A model generated the notes under the pieces. It worked only from the letters and a program-made list of their open reading frames with translations. It did no database searches and had not been told where the DNA came from. The translations under genes were made by a program, and so were the position numbers. Shown here in pieces: positions 27,801 through 39,486 of a stretch of DNA of 64,000 nucleotides. How positions within the stretch are numbered: the first letter of the stretch is position 1; each line of letters starts with the position of its first letter. The DNA comes from Sphyrna mokarran (lineage: Eukaryota), in contig JAGIQG010000032.1 of NCBI GenBank assembly GCA_024679065.1, positions 12,276,001-12,340,000 on the forward strand, in the 5' to 3' direction.

Positions 27801-30800
27801 CTTGGTGTATCTACTCAGTAACATTAGTGGCAGTGAAGTTGGTGTATCTTTGATCTGTTAGCAGCCTGGTTATGGGCAATTTGTTTTTGTCTCCACAAAA
27901 CAAATAACCTCAGAGCCTAAAAGATGAGAAGCCCATGATTTGTCTGTTAACAGATGGCACCAATCCCACTGCCATCAATATTATTGAATAGACGTGCTCC
28001 AGTGCATCTGGCCTTTTGAAATATTTCAGTGCAGGCTCCATGTACAAGTGCTCGAAATAGGATTATTTTACAAAATAATTGATGGAGCAGCTTTCTTCTC
28101 TTTATCGTTCGAACTTCAACGCATTCCAAAAAATATCCTTTCCAAGTGTAATAATAATACATTATTCTGTTTTAAGATTCACATCAATATGGAGACAGTA
28201 CAGAAATGGTAAAGATCATTGTTCAAACAGTACAGAATCAAGATCGGGTGCTGAAGGAGCTTTATGCCCATCTCAGGTATGTATACTTGAGATTTTTGTT
28301 ACTGTTTTATAGGTAGTTGAAAGATTTGTTAACATTTCAGGGTATATTTCATTTTTATGTGATCTAACGTATGTTTTGGGGAGATTGTCATTGAACCTAT
28401 GAGAATGATTTTAAAAAAGCATAGAAAGCACAGGTAAAGTTCCTATGTTGTGTTTTTGTAGCTCAATCTCTCACTCACTTGAGCTACTTTAAAGGAGAAT
28501 TCATTTGAGCTCATTGCAGTAGGCTTAGGGAACAGAAAAATCAGCCGTAATTCTTGCCTTAATTCCTGACTATTGACCCTTGCAGAATGCCTGCATGTAT
28601 CAATGTTGGACTAAAGTGAGGTCAAGCTTGGCTGCAATACCTGTTTCCTTCCCTCCCACCTTTCTCACCATCAGTGTCAAGTCTTGCATATGAATAATGG
28701 TTCTTTGATGTAAACCATTTATAGATTGTTGGCAATAAACCGTCAGAGTGTCCAAGAAATTGGGCATTAATTTATTGTTTAAAACAAATGCATTCATGAA
28801 ATAACTATAGCAGATCAAATGTCTGTGTCACTTGTGAGATCTTAATGGTCTCGTGCACCACTGCGTTCCAAGAATAGATTTGAAAATTCTGTTAATGATC
28901 ACAACAAATATTTCAATGAGCTCTGTGCTGCATTAGGGCACAGTAGTAATTAAAATGTTCAGGCATACCTCCCGCTTAATCATCTTGTCATCCAGCATTT
29001 GTTATATTGAAAATTGTATTTGCTTCAGTTCTAGCATTAATTTAAGTTACCAGTTTTCTTTCCACCCACCGATTCTTATACAAAACGTGTTGTATTTGTT
29101 CAATTTTGCATGTAAAGTGTGTCATTTTGAAAAGCCAGAGTACTGCAGTTTTAATATTTTAGTTATGCTTTTAATGCAAAGACGTACACTGATTTATGTT
29201 CCTACTTCAAAATGAAAGTATGTAAATATGAATAATTTTGCAGGAGTTGTAATGAGGGCCCTATTGATTTGCATCATTTGGGAAGTGGGCTGAGTTTCAT
29301 CTCCTATTGATCATTATTCATTGCTAATGGAGTCACCTTGGGTGTATGGGTGTGACTCATTCACTATTTATTGGCTCAGCTTCTTCCTAATTGTTCACTC
29401 TAACTCCATGATTCTTTGAATTCATCCTTGGATTGGAGATGTTATTACAAAGCCAGCATCTCTATTGCTTTGTCCTCTCTTTGTCTCTCTCTCTCTCTCT
29501 TTGTCTGTCTGTCTCTCTCTCTCACTCTCTCTCTATTCTCCCCTCCACCTTGTCCTTGAAAAAGCTATAATGGAAGCTTTCCTGAATGACTGTCATAGTG
29601 CTGTAGGAAAGGGAATTGTTATTCAGCAATGATTAAGGACAGTAATGTATTTCCAAGTCATGATGGTGGAATTTGCAGATGACTATAAATGTGTGCCTGC
29701 TATCCTTATCTTTCTGATTGGAGGTGATGGGAGGTTTGGGAGCTGCTGTGAAGTCTTTCAAAATTGCTGCAATACATCGTTATAAACATGGTAGCCACAA
29801 TACACCAGTATTAGAGAAGGTGGATGCTTCGGCTTGTGGATGAACCATTGACTAAGCAGGACTGTAGCTGTACCAATGCAGGCAAGTGGTGTGTAGAAAG
29901 TCCTCCATCGACCTCTTGACTTGCACCTTGCAAGTGCTTAAGAGGCCTTGGGAAGTCCAGATGTGTGCAACTCACTGGAAAATATTTAGCTTCTGACCTT
30001 TTTTTGCAGTCACAACATTTATACGGCAGGCTCATTTTAGTTTCTGATCATTGTAATTCAACTATATTGTTAACTGCTTTACATTATTAATAGTGCAGCT
30101 TGACCAATCGTAAGAATTTTAATACTGTCTCTTTAAGTACGTACAGAATCTTTGATTCATTGCACAATGTTTCAAAATTGCCAATAATGTTGTGGGCTGC
30201 ACTAGATCAAATCTGTAGGACTGTTTTCACTCTATTTATTATCCCAGGGCTGAAGAGACGATCCCTTAAAACAGAAATGAAGGGAAATGTCTTCAGCCAG
30301 GGACTGCTGAATCTGTGGAACTCTTTCCTCAGAAGATTGTGGAGGCCACGTCATTGAGTGTCTTTAAGAAAGAGATTCTTGATTAATAAGGGGATCAGAG
30401 GTTGTGGGGAAAAGACAGAAGAATGGGGATGAGAAAAATATCAGCCATGATTGAATAGTGGAGCAGATTCAATAGACCAAGTGGTCTAATTCTGCTCCTG
30501 TGTTTTCTGGTCTAATTGGGATGGCAATATTTGCTTGGTTTTTCAATACTAAAAGCTTGTTCCCATCAGTCATAAGCTGCAATGTATTTTGTGATATATA
30601 GTAAACATTCCCTTAGCAACGGCATCATGGCCAGTGACTAGAAGATCTGGACTATTCAACAGATGCCACATTCTGTCATGGAAACCCTCATGAACTAATG
30701 ATGTTTTATTAATTTAGATAATGTCTTCTGTGATGTCATAAGCATTGCATACTGCACTTTGTTCACAATAATTGTTATGAGTGATGAAGCTCACTCACTA

Positions 30801-33800
30801 GATGAAAATGAGATCCAATGAACATATTAATCTCTGACTTCTAAATGTTGCTTCTAAATGGTAATAACAGTACAATTTCTGATCTGGTGATGTTTCCTAC
30901 TAGTGAGCTTTTAAAGGTAGAGTGAAGGAACGTTAGTAAAAAAGTGCCCTTTTTATGTTGCGCAGTACATTTACTGGTATCCTGTATTTTTATATCATCT
31001 TTAATATTAAATACCCCAGGCTCTTCTCAGTTGGTCATAAAGCAAAATTTAACACCAAGCCACATGAGAAAGTAAAAGGTCAGACGAACAAAAACTTAGT
31101 CGTAGAAGCAGGTTTTAAGGAGTGACTAGGGGAAGAAAGAATGATAGAGGTTTAAAGGAGGAATTCCAAAGCTTAAGGTTTTGGCAGTTAAAGCCACCAA
31201 TGATGGAGCAGTTAAAACTAGGGATACTTAGTGGTCAAAATTAGAGTGCAGAGATGTTGGAGGTTACAGGACTGGAAGGGAGGGGCAAAGTCATGGAGGT
31301 TTGAAAACAAGATTGAGTATTTTAAGATCGAAACATCACAACAGAGAGAAGTTGTAGGTCACTGAGCATAGGGGTGACAGATGAACAGGACCTGATGTGA
31401 CTTAGGGTATGAGCACAGAGTTTTGAACGACTGAGTTTACAGAAGGTAAATGATGGTAGGTCAGGAAGGTGTGCGTTCAGATAATCAAGTCTAGAGATGA
31501 CAAGGACGTGGCTGAGGATTTCACAAGTGGATGAGGCAGGGGCAGAGTCAGGCAAAGATATAAAGGTAGAAATAGGCACAGATGCATGGTTGGAAGCTCA
31601 TCTTGGGATAAAGTATCACATAAGGTTATAAGTAGTCTGATTCAACTCATAGATGCTGGGGAGGGAGAGCGTGTCAGTGACTAGGGAACTCTGTGTGTTC
31701 AGGGGATTAAAGACAATGCTTTTGATTCTCCCAATATTTAATAGTCCCAAAACTGAAATACTGCAATAAACCTTTAGTTTGTTCTAGGCCTGGCAAACAA
31801 AGTTTTACAGTGTTGCCAAGCCAAGTGTGTTGATTTATTTTCTCGCTGCATGTATTTTGATCATCAATGTTTCCTTTTCAAATGATATATTATCATCAAA
31901 CTGTCTTGCGAGGTCTTTCTTTAACCATTATCTTTTTTTCTGTCTTATAGTAAACTTTTGGCTTGCAAACAGAAGATCATTGATCTTTTTCCAAAGATTG
32001 AACAAGCACTTGATAATATTAGAGAAAATGAAAAAATGTTATTGAGATCGCAAGAAAAGAGGCAGAAAGAAATATGGTATTTGTTAAAAATTGCTTGTGT
32101 AAGTATTTTGTTCCACAAATCTAGAGGTAATGAGATTAAGTAAAACAAAATCTATCACTACCGTCAATCATATAATAATAGCATGATTATTGTCATCTCA
32201 GGAAACCCATTAGGGTATGTTCCATTCTTTGCACTTCATACTATCACAAAATAGTAAATCTTTAAGATAATGAATGTTCATACATTTTAGTGTTGTTTTT
32301 CTCTTTATATCCCCAGTCTTTTGTTCACTGTCACATTTACTTAATGATTTCTCCCCATCCACGTTACCCCATGCTAACTTCTATGACTGGGGAGTGAACA
32401 GATGACTTGACTTTTGCATCAGCAATAAAGCTTTTGAATAGGATAATTTCACTTCTGAACTTCCTGTACTTGTCCTGTCATGTACCTCATAATTAGTTTA
32501 TCTTTTCATTAAATTTGGTTATGATTGCTGGGTTCCAGTACGATGATCTTGTATTTCAAGTCCTGTCAAAGTAGTTAGATGTGCGAAGGTCTTTGATTTG
32601 TGAAAACCTAGCATTTCATATATTTCAGTGATCACTTACACATCACCATGTAATACCATAAAACTTGCTAATACTGCTGCTTATTGCTTGACAACAAAGT
32701 AACCTGGAGGGACATATAATAAATGCTGGAAAGTGGGATTGGGCTCAGTGGATTGTTTTCCAACTGGTGCAGACTCGATGGACCAAGTGGACTCTTTCTG
32801 TGCCATAGATCTTCTATGATTCTGTAGCAAAACATGAATCTGTTCTGAAAATCTAATTATGCTGTCATTAAGCTTTCTCCTGCCCCCGTTATACTGAAAT
32901 TTAGCAGAGTTAAGGCCCACGCAAACTTAACTTCTGCTTTAGGAAGATGAGGGGAGACACTTTTTCCTCAGGCACAACATTCATTTATATGTAATGTATC
33001 TTCTAATGCCTATGCTGTGTCTCTCCCATTTTGTAGCTTACTAACAATTGAATAGTCACCTTTTAAACAAGAGGCGTTTCTATAGCTCTTTCTTTTCCAA
33101 TGATCTTATACCACTGCACGTCATCCTCTGCCACGTGAACTGATGGATGACAAGCTTCCAGAAATCCTTTTGAGCAAATTTGACATCAGCCTATTCAATA
33201 TCTGTGAGCGTAACTAGGATGGATTCACTGCCAAAATTTCCTGCCTTCTTGGTGCTGCTTCGACCTGGCCTAGCCATTATCAGAAATTTATTATGGAAAA
33301 GATTTTTGATTACAACTGATGTTCCTTGGTGTAGAAATTCATATCTGTTAACTCTTCCTATTGGGATAAACTTGTGCTTAGGATTGGAACAGGAAGCAAC
33401 TTGAACTTGCATCCATGCTTGTTATATTGCAATGAGCTTTAACACTGCTCACCTCTCTTTGAAATGAAAATAATCTGTTTAATGCAACGAGTTGATCTTA
33501 AACATTCTGTTGAATATTTCATTCCTTTCAGAGCACAGCTCGAGGCCCTGACAGTGCAAGTCCAATGTCTTCTGGTTCACCCCATGGTTTAGGATGGGCA
33601 CAGCAAGGGCAGAATTTTATTCCACAAAATGCCTTGCCTAATCCTTTGTCCTCAATGTCTACAATGAAAAACAGGTAGGAAGTACCAGCATTTTGCCTAC
33701 TTTTACTTTGTAGGCATTTTTGTATTTGCATTGATATTTTAATGTTCTATACTTCTGTTTCTGTGAATATTTGAAATGTGCTGTTTCCTTCAGATGCTAA

Positions 33801-34855
33801 TCATCATGTCTGAAATGTTTTCAAAATGTGTAAACCCAAATATGTGAGGAGAAAAGCTAATAAAGAGCATGGTGTTCACATGTCTTCTGTAAAAAGACAT
33901 TGGTTTTTAAAATGTGATGTCTGTTATGTACACTGCCAGTCTTGCTATTAACCCCAATTGTTGAACACAAAATAATCCACTTGATGAGCTCATTCTTTAT
34001 TCCCTACAGTGAATCTTCAATGTCTGTCATTGAAGAGAACCAAACTTTCTGCAGCCAGTTGCACAATTTGATGCGGGAAACTCTATTAGAACAGAATAAT
34101 AGCATATCGGTAAGAACTATTCAGAATTTCAAATAATAGATAATATTTTTAGAAAATACTAATTCTTTAGAGCACTGAAATTTCCTTCAAGTAATATTTT
34201 GCTGTACGTTTTTTTCTGAGATTTGAATTATGTATGACCTGGCACACTCTAATCGCTGGCATTACAACAACATGGTTTCTTTAGCAATATTGTCAAAGTT
34301 ACTACTGCAATAGATAACCATGTCTGCTGCAATGCAATTTTGCTACAAATCCTGGTAGTATAATGATCTACACTAAAACACTCCAGCAATTCAACAGTTT
34401 TTGGAAAGTAAGTTTCAACTATTACTAAATATCTTAACATTATGAATTAGTATAAATTTCAATAATATAAAATCAATATTAAATCTTCTATGATAAAATC
34501 AATGACCATCACACTATTTCTTGATGACAATGTAAACATTTTCATCAAAGTTAAAGGATATTGATGTTCACAAGATTGTTCAGAGTCTGTAATTTGTTTT
34601 GTCTAGACGTAAGAGCAGTTTGGTACCTTTGTAAGTACTCGATCTCTCATGTCTATTGCTTAGTTAACCTGAAGGTTTATCATTTTCACTATTACAATGT
34701 GGAAGTCTATTCATGGTAAGATAAAAGATGGGTAGAGTGAATGAAAAATTGACTTTCATTATAGTCATTGACCCAGTAGTCAGTATTGATCAACTCTTCT
34801 TTTTCAGTCTCTAGATTGGAGCTGGCTTGAAGAAACGTTATCAGACAGACACTGA
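689..34855 (+). CDS. CHUK: IKK-alpha (CHUK), 5'-partial spliced CDS; exons 689-813, 2376-2483, 7010-7145, 10051-10242, 10938-11040, 13700-13823, 19748-19899, 21727-21788, 25196-25305, 26881-26930, 28177-28276, 31951-32098, 33532-33674, 34010-34109, 34808-34855
   Basis: Manual translation gives one continuous frame across 15 GT-AG exons with matching phases. IKK-alpha-type peptides: [63 protein letters not shown]1 lies downstream on the same strand, as in human. Confidence 0.96.
1147..1341 (-). mobile_element. 5'-truncated V-SINE (HE1-like core, tail type b)
   Basis: Reverse complement of the core gtgggtttcctcc...ggttaggtg plus tail ...tgtgacactaataaataaac. Confidence 0.8.
2376..2483 (+). CDS. 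CHUK: CHUK exon (~exon 8), kinase C-lobe
   Basis: tttag|G...AA|gtgagt; (W)[35 protein letters not shown]; 108 nt. Confidence 0.95.
7010..7145 (+). CDS. CHUK: CHUK exon (~exon 9), end of kinase domain
   Basis: ttgcag|C...AAG|gttagg; [45 protein letters not shown]; 136 nt. Confidence 0.95.
7574..8298. mobile_element. palindromic non-autonomous Penelope-like element (family A) with ~315-bp inverted arms
   Basis: 7574-7893 is the diverged reverse complement of 7954-8267. Each arm has a hammerhead core. Degenerate TSD tacatgagaaa (7563-7573) / tatatgggaaa (8299-8309). Confidence 0.8.
8170..8206 (+). ncRNA. minimal type I hammerhead ribozyme motif
   Basis: CUAC-CUGACGA-A-GGAG-CAGCA-CUCU-GAAA-GC-UA-GUAG: stem I CUAC/GUAG, intact core, stem II, palindromic AGCU in place of stem III, UA cleavage site. 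Confidence 0.65.
10051..10242 (+). CDS. CHUK: CHUK exon (~exon 10), ubiquitin-like domain
   Basis: ttacag|TAC...GTG|gtatgt; [34 protein letters not shown]...[14 protein letters not shown]; 192 nt. Confidence 0.94.
10938..11040 (+). CDS. CHUK: CHUK exon (~exon 11)
   Basis: ttgtag|AGA...G|gtaaga; [34 protein letters not shown]; 103 nt. Confidence 0.95.
11272..11542 (-). mobile_element. near full-length V-SINE (tail type b)
   Basis: tRNA-derived head (ggttagc...gggttcaattcc), V-domain core and AATAAA-type tail on the minus strand. Confidence 0.85.
13700..13823 (+). CDS. CHUK: CHUK exon (~exon 12), scaffold/dimerisation domain
   Basis: ttacag|TG...AT|gtaagt; (V)[40 protein letters not shown](M); 124 nt. 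Confidence 0.96.
14880..16480 (-). mobile_element. CR1/L2-group LINE 3' portion interrupted by SINEs
   Basis: Tail cccta-attg-cttgagaaggtagtg is shared with 1940-2110 (+), 29545-30060 (-), 47190-47640 (-) and 57555-57610 (-); minus-strand peptide [13 protein letters not shown]. Confidence 0.7.
15567..15992 (+). mobile_element. HE1-like V-SINE (CR1 tail) nested in the LINE, carrying an antisense tail-b fragment at ~15812-15900
   Basis: ggtggcacattggttagtactgctgcctcac head; core; tail gggcctaatggcttccttctgcactgtaaggattctatg. Confidence 0.85.
16987..17300 (-). mobile_element. HE1-like V-SINE (CR1 tail)
   Basis: Reverse-complement similarity to the 15567 copy. Confidence 0.85.
19748..19899 (+). 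CDS. CHUK: CHUK exon (~exon 13), leucine-zipper region
   Basis: tcccag|G...T|gtaagt; [50 protein letters not shown]; 152 nt. Confidence 0.96.
20940..21295 (-). mobile_element. Penelope-like GIY-YIG endonuclease C-terminal relic
   Basis: Minus-strand translation AEHFVDHL...[14 protein letters not shown]...[10 protein letters not shown] resembles the end of a vertebrate PLE ORF (recognised, not searched). Confidence 0.55.
21727..21788 (+). CDS. CHUK: CHUK exon (~exon 14)
   Basis: tcttag|CT...CAG|gtgagt; [21 protein letters not shown]; 62 nt. Confidence 0.96.
22960..23795 (-). mobile_element. 5'-truncated CR1 LINE (RT C-terminus and 3' UTR)
   Basis: Frame-shifted peptides [20 protein letters not shown]...[10 protein letters not shown]...LVRPHMEYC and KTRGHRFKV. 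Confidence 0.9.
23796..23849. repeat. (CA)n microsatellite
   Basis: cgcgcacgcacgca followed by an interrupted (CA)n run. Confidence 0.95.
24374..24540. mobile_element. decayed palindromic family-B element
   Basis: catctgtgaagagagaatagaacc...ggatgac inverted to gtcatgcagacttgaaacaatagctctattccctctccacagatg. Confidence 0.65.
24852..25000. mobile_element. short palindromic Penelope-like element (family A), opposite polarity
   Basis: gatgtggagatgc...acagtaagaagtctcacaatac paired with gtattgtgagactttttaactgt; decayed hammerhead (tggtgaaggggcagcactccgaaagctt); TSD-like atttagataatgat / atttcaataatgat. Confidence 0.75.
25196..25305 (+). CDS. CHUK: CHUK exon (~exon 15)
   Basis: ttttag|GCT...CT|gtgagg; [36 protein letters not shown](L); 110 nt. 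Confidence 0.95.
25512..25643 (-). mobile_element. V-SINE tail-b fragment
   Basis: aagtttatttattagtgtcacaagtaagcttacactgacactgcaatgaagttactgtgaaaatccc. Confidence 0.8.
26213..26386 (-). mobile_element. truncated HE1-like V-SINE
   Basis: tagaatcatagagtcc...gaggccattcgg...ccaatccacctaatccacacatctttggact. Confidence 0.8.
26881..26930 (+). CDS. CHUK: CHUK exon (~exon 16)
   Basis: ttctag|A...G|gtattg; [16 protein letters not shown]; 50 nt. Confidence 0.93.
28177..28276 (+). CDS. CHUK: CHUK exon (~exon 17)
   Basis: tttaag|AT...AG|gtatgt; [33 protein letters not shown](S); 100 nt. Confidence 0.94.
29474..29540. repeat. (CT)n-rich microsatellite
   Basis: Interrupted ctctct and gtct runs. Confidence 0.9.
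30250..30515 (+). mobile_element. CR1 LINE 3' end
   Basis: Peptide [19 protein letters not shown] followed by a CR1-type tail. Confidence 0.8.
31010..31745 (-). mobile_element. L2 LINE 3' portion
   Basis: Minus-strand peptide [23 protein letters not shown] (L2 SRLDYCN motif). Related debris lies at ~920-1900, 13220-13400 and 39500-39950. Confidence 0.75.
31951..32098 (+). CDS. CHUK: CHUK exon (~exon 18), helix-loop-helix region
   Basis: ttatag|T...TGT|gtaagt; [49 protein letters not shown]; 148 nt. Confidence 0.96.
33532..33674 (+). CDS. CHUK: CHUK exon (~exon 19), divergent Ser/Pro-rich linker
   Basis: tttcag|AGC...AG|gtagga; open frame [47 protein letters not shown]; phases 0/2 fit its neighbours; sequence poorly conserved. 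Confidence 0.82.
34010..34109 (+). CDS. CHUK: CHUK exon (~exon 20)
   Basis: ctacag|T...TCG|gtaaga; [33 protein letters not shown]; 100 nt. Confidence 0.92.
34808..34855 (+). CDS. CHUK: CHUK last coding exon with NEMO-binding domain
   Basis: tttcag|TCT CTA GAT TGG AGC TGG CTT... = [15 protein letters not shown]; TGA at 34853-34855. Confidence 0.96.
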   Translation, partial: SLDWSWLEETLSDRH

Positions 34856-35149
34856 AATACATATTTCGGCATTGCAGTTGATTTCTTGAGTGCTGAACAC
34901 CAGAAAACATTGAGTCAATCGTGATTTGTTGTGAACACTATGAAGAAAAGCATAATTCTGGAGTCTGGAACTTGAATCCTGCTGTGCCTCAGACCCACAT
35001 CTCTTGGACTTCGCTTTCACTCTTCCTGCAGGATAATGCATGAAAATACTGCACCTGTTTATTAAACTGCTTTTGGCTTTGTCATTCTTCATTTTTTTTA
35101 TACCACAGTTACAATGATAGTAGTTCAAGTAAAATTCTGTTAGGTGTTT

Positions 35150-35155
35150 AATAAA
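35150..35155 (+). terminator. candidate proximal polyadenylation signal of CHUK
   Basis: AATAAA about 300 nt after the stop codon; usage not shown. Confidence 0.4.
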
Positions 35156-35523
35156 ATCAGAAATTTCTGGAAATAGAAAACAAGTCTGTCAGCAATTGAA
35201 AGAGAAAAGGTGGATTTACCTTGAGTGGAGATTGTTCATTGAAATTGAAAGATCTACACCTCAAATGTCTTGCAATTTTTATCAACAACTTCTAGACCTG
35301 TTGTATACATCTACTACTTGTAGTGTATTTTTTATTCTGCTTGCTATTTTACATCAGTATTTATTTAATGGGGAGGAAATTTCAAGATGTAACGTTTTTC
35401 CAAATTCTCTTCTATATTGTCGCTGAAAAAAATTTTAATTATTAAAAGAATATACATTACTTGGAAATACACTTGGTCCCCATATAGCAATTAAAATGCA
35501 CCTCCCTACTAAATCACTTAGGA

Positions 35524-35840
35524 AATCATAGAATAGAATCATTGAATACCTATAATACCACTATAGCCACTCGACCCATTGAGTCTGCACTGACCACAAT
35601 CCCACCTAGGCCTTATTCCCATAACCCCACATATTTACTCTGCTAATTCCCCTGACATATGAGGGTCAGGTAGCATAGCCAATCCACCTAACCTGCACAT
35701 ATTTGGACTGTGGGAGAAAAGCAGAACACCCAGAGGAAACCCAGCAGACACAGGAGAATATGCAAACTCCACACAGACAGTGACTCAGTCCGTGGTGCTG
35801 TGAGGTAGCAGTGCTAACCACTGTTCTCCCATGCTGCCCT
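35524..35840 (-). mobile_element. HE1-like V-SINE in the putative CHUK 3' UTR
   Basis: Head ggttagcactgctacctcacagcacc, core and CR1 tail on the minus strand. Confidence 0.85.
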
Positions 35841-37311
35841 GGAGGGTTAAGTACTTTACTGCATCTTGTAGTAGTCCTGAGGGGCCATGACTTTAAAGTG
35901 GCCAAAAATCCATAGAACCCTCGGGAGCGGTGTCCTATAATTGGTCTGATGTGAAGTTGTGACCCTTGTACAATGGCATTCCCTACTGATAGTGTACACA
36001 GAGTAATCTACCAAGGATGGAAAACCAATTAAGGCTTTGCACACAGGTTTCAAAATGAATTTTATACAAACATCAAAAATGAAATTCTCTTGGCTGTTAC
36101 TTTATTCAATAAAAAGACAGCCTGCAGATTTTCCACTACAGTTTGTTTCTGAAAAGCAACCACAAGCATTCTTCATAGCTTAGAAGTTGCATTCATTTAG
36201 TTGCATTTTATAAACTTTACTGCAATATTTATGATGTGTGTCATTGTCTGAAGTTTTAATTTTTAGGAAACTTCCATGATGTTTATAGAAATCAATTATA
36301 AAACCTGCTGTGTCTCTAAATTGCATCAGTTACCATTTAGAATAGGATTCTATGCAGCTATAATGTTCAATGATACAAATTTGTATACTATTATGATATC
36401 TGAGATTACTGCTAAAGCATCATGATTTAAAAATAATGGAAATATAGTTTCTACTTGTGGAATGTAGTAAGACTAAGCAGGTCAATGAAAATGACCTTTG
36501 TCTTTGTAAATGACACTGCATATATAAAACATCTTTCTGGTAAATTTGAAACTTGTTCCTGGTTCAAATTGAGTGTCCTACCTCAATCCTCACTTTAGCT
36601 TTTAACATTCGTAAGTTTAGGTGCTGCAATTTTAAATTGTTCAACTCTTTACAGGTTGAGTAAAAAGTTAGATTTCAAAGTTCACTCAATATTTGTTTCT
36701 TTCTTCATCTTAAGCTAAAAGGCTGAGATAAATTTTCAGAAAATCCGTAGTTTGGAGGGAACTGTGGAAAACAGAACTAAGAAATCTAACTGGAAGTAAG
36801 ATCAAACTTTGAATAAAGATTACAATGAAAGATGTTTTATATGCAGAGGCAAGAAAAGTTTGCACTCTACAATGATTTCTTCTACTTTGGGAATATATTT
36901 AAAGGCATTTTGTTCCCTTGTGATTAAGTAATTAATGCTGTTCTCCACAAATATGCTCTTGGTCAATTTGAGGTTTACTCTATCCATTTTGAGCACTAAA
37001 ATTCACCAATTGTGTTTGAAGCAAAATAACTTCCATGTACAATGATTTCAACTCCCCAGACAGTTCCCAGTGTTGCTCAGTGAGTTTGTCTACTTTATTG
37101 AAATTATTCAGATTGAGAATCGCGGTAATGCAGGATCAATGTCTTCACATTTCATATATTAAATGTTTTTGTATCTGTGACAGAATGGATGAGACTTCAT
37201 CCTGTCCCTAAGGGTTTGCTGAATTGTGTTCTGCAGTATAAATATCCTATTTGTTGGTTATTTCTAACTGATCTAATCTAACTAATAGTTGAATGAAAAG
37301 TGCTAAGCTGT

Positions 37312-37452
37312 GGGTGGGATTCTCCAGTTTTATTAGTGGCGGAACACATTGCTAGCAAGAATGGAAACTTTGGCATTCCAGCCAAAACCCCAAATTTACT
37401 TTCAGCAGCACCTGAACATCCCAGCCACAAATGAAAATGGAGAATTTTGGCC
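37312..37452. mobile_element. short MITE-like element
   Basis: Imperfect TIRs gggtgggattctcc / ggagaattttggcc; internal similarity to the reverse complement of 43510-43638. Confidence 0.6.
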
Positions 37453-39486
37453 TATATAAGAGCTACATCTCCCTGTACTTCATTATTTTTGAGGATGAAA
37501 CTCTTTTGAGTATATTTTTCCACATCTTTCCTCATCTTCCTGGATCAAGTACTTGGCTCAGAATAGATTATTGCTCCAGGAACACTGCCAGTGATGCTAC
37601 AAAACTGATTGCTGATTTGACCCAGCAGCTTGAGGGATTGCTGAACATTTTTTAGACTTGTGATGGAATCTGACATTAGCAACACAACTGAAATTGGCAA
37701 CTTGACTGATGGAAATTTTGGTCTTGACCTTGTATGACTCGCTGCTTAGCTCAACGTTCTTTATATTCCTAACTGATCCAGTACCTTTTAACCAATTTCC
37801 ATCTTAGTGTAATAATAACAGATGCAAAAAGACATTTTTCACTTATCTGTTCAGTCAGCCATCATGCTAAAACCTTTTGCTAGTTCTGTGACCAACTGTG
37901 AAATGCATCTGCCACTGTAACTAATCCATATATTTTTGTTTTTATAGACGTATATAAATTGAAATAATATAACTGACAAACGGTGAGAGGGAGAGAGAAA
38001 TATTTCTGGCCATGGGTTGGTTCTTTAGGAATCATTGACAACCGCAGTTATTTTATTATTTTTGTCATGCAAACAATGTAAGTGGAGAATACACTTATTT
38101 TTACTAAATAACCCAATGTTTATGCGTAATAATGTTGACTACTGTTTTGTGAGTTGCCATGACCTGACATGCTATAATTACCTATCCCCTGGGCTATTGC
38201 TGTTGAATTAGTATGAACAGGAAATTTCTTTTTATCTAATCTTGTGCGTAATTCTGCTGTCATGCTAGTTGAGGCTGGACCTTGAAATATGAAATCAGAT
38301 GAAAAGTTTTGCAGTGATCCCTTACAAATTAGTTTGCTTTTCTGATTTCTTAAGACAGTGACCATAAGTTGTTGCCTGTATCATTTTGTAAAGCAGTGTC
38401 ATGAGTGCATACATGTTTACAATAGTTTAAGGGGGGGGAAAAAAGCTTTCAATGAAGGCATAAACCACTTTAAACCTTGTGTATAAACTGGGATTGCACA
38501 GAGATAATGCAACAAATCTTGGGATAAGTTGGAAGCACATTTTAACACTTATCTAAATTTTATATATGATGTAAAGAATACGCAGGATCAGTGGAGAGAG
38601 ATAGTGAATATACTTAATTCTTCATAGCACACTGACATCCTCTTTTACACAACAAACAGATTGTGCTGCTGTCAGTCATGTATCTCTTGTAAATTTTCCA
38701 GTTTTACTTCTGACAGTGTTGATTGCACTTTTAAAATGTAACATTGTTTGAATCTTGTTTTAATTTTTGTTTGTTTGTTATATGAAATGCTTCACATCGT
38801 TGCGATGTATGCAATATGTTAGACAATGGGTATATTATCCACCACCACAATGAAATTGTTGACATGCCTGCTTTGTATTCATTTTTTTTCCATCAATAAT
38901 AGCAAATATAAGAAAATATACATTTTACTCTTATCCTGAAAGCTGTTGTATGATTGGTTTAATTATCATAAAACAAGAAGCTATTATTCAAGCACAAAAA
39001 TGATTCAGCAAATTCAATTGATGAATATTTCATTTAAAAATCACGTCCAAATTTCTTTAATAACAGATCAACAGATATGAGAGTATTAGTATAATAAACT
39101 TAAATTTTTGTTTTTTAATGCATTTTAAGTTCTTAATTGCTCATGTTGAATTTGTTATTGTCTTTGTACTTTTATGTTTTAAACTTTAATTTGTATTTAT
39201 ATAGCTCTGAAGTAGTAAAAATATATAATTTTGTTTCTGTCATTCATTTGTATATTTGATATCTTGCATCTATTGTATGCACCAAGGTGACTTTGATAAA
39301 TGATGTAAATTGTGTAAAATGTAAACGGTTCTCAAATCCACTGCTGTGGAGTTTTGTTGCAAATTGACATGAAAAACTTATAAAGTTAAATATTGTTCTC
39401 TTCATTTGGATCAGTTTTTCTCTTCTTTCTGTTCTTAGGGTGCAATTTACCGACAATAACTTGTGTTTATATAGTATCTTTACCAT

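Noticed and set aside
27954-27991. Possible alternative acceptor giving a truncated IKK-alpha ([12 protein letters not shown])
   Set aside because: Only an AG with a modest pyrimidine tract; such sites are common by chance and there is no transcript evidence.
689-34855. IKBKB assignment
   Set aside because: Scaffold-domain peptides and ERLIN1 adjacency favour CHUK.
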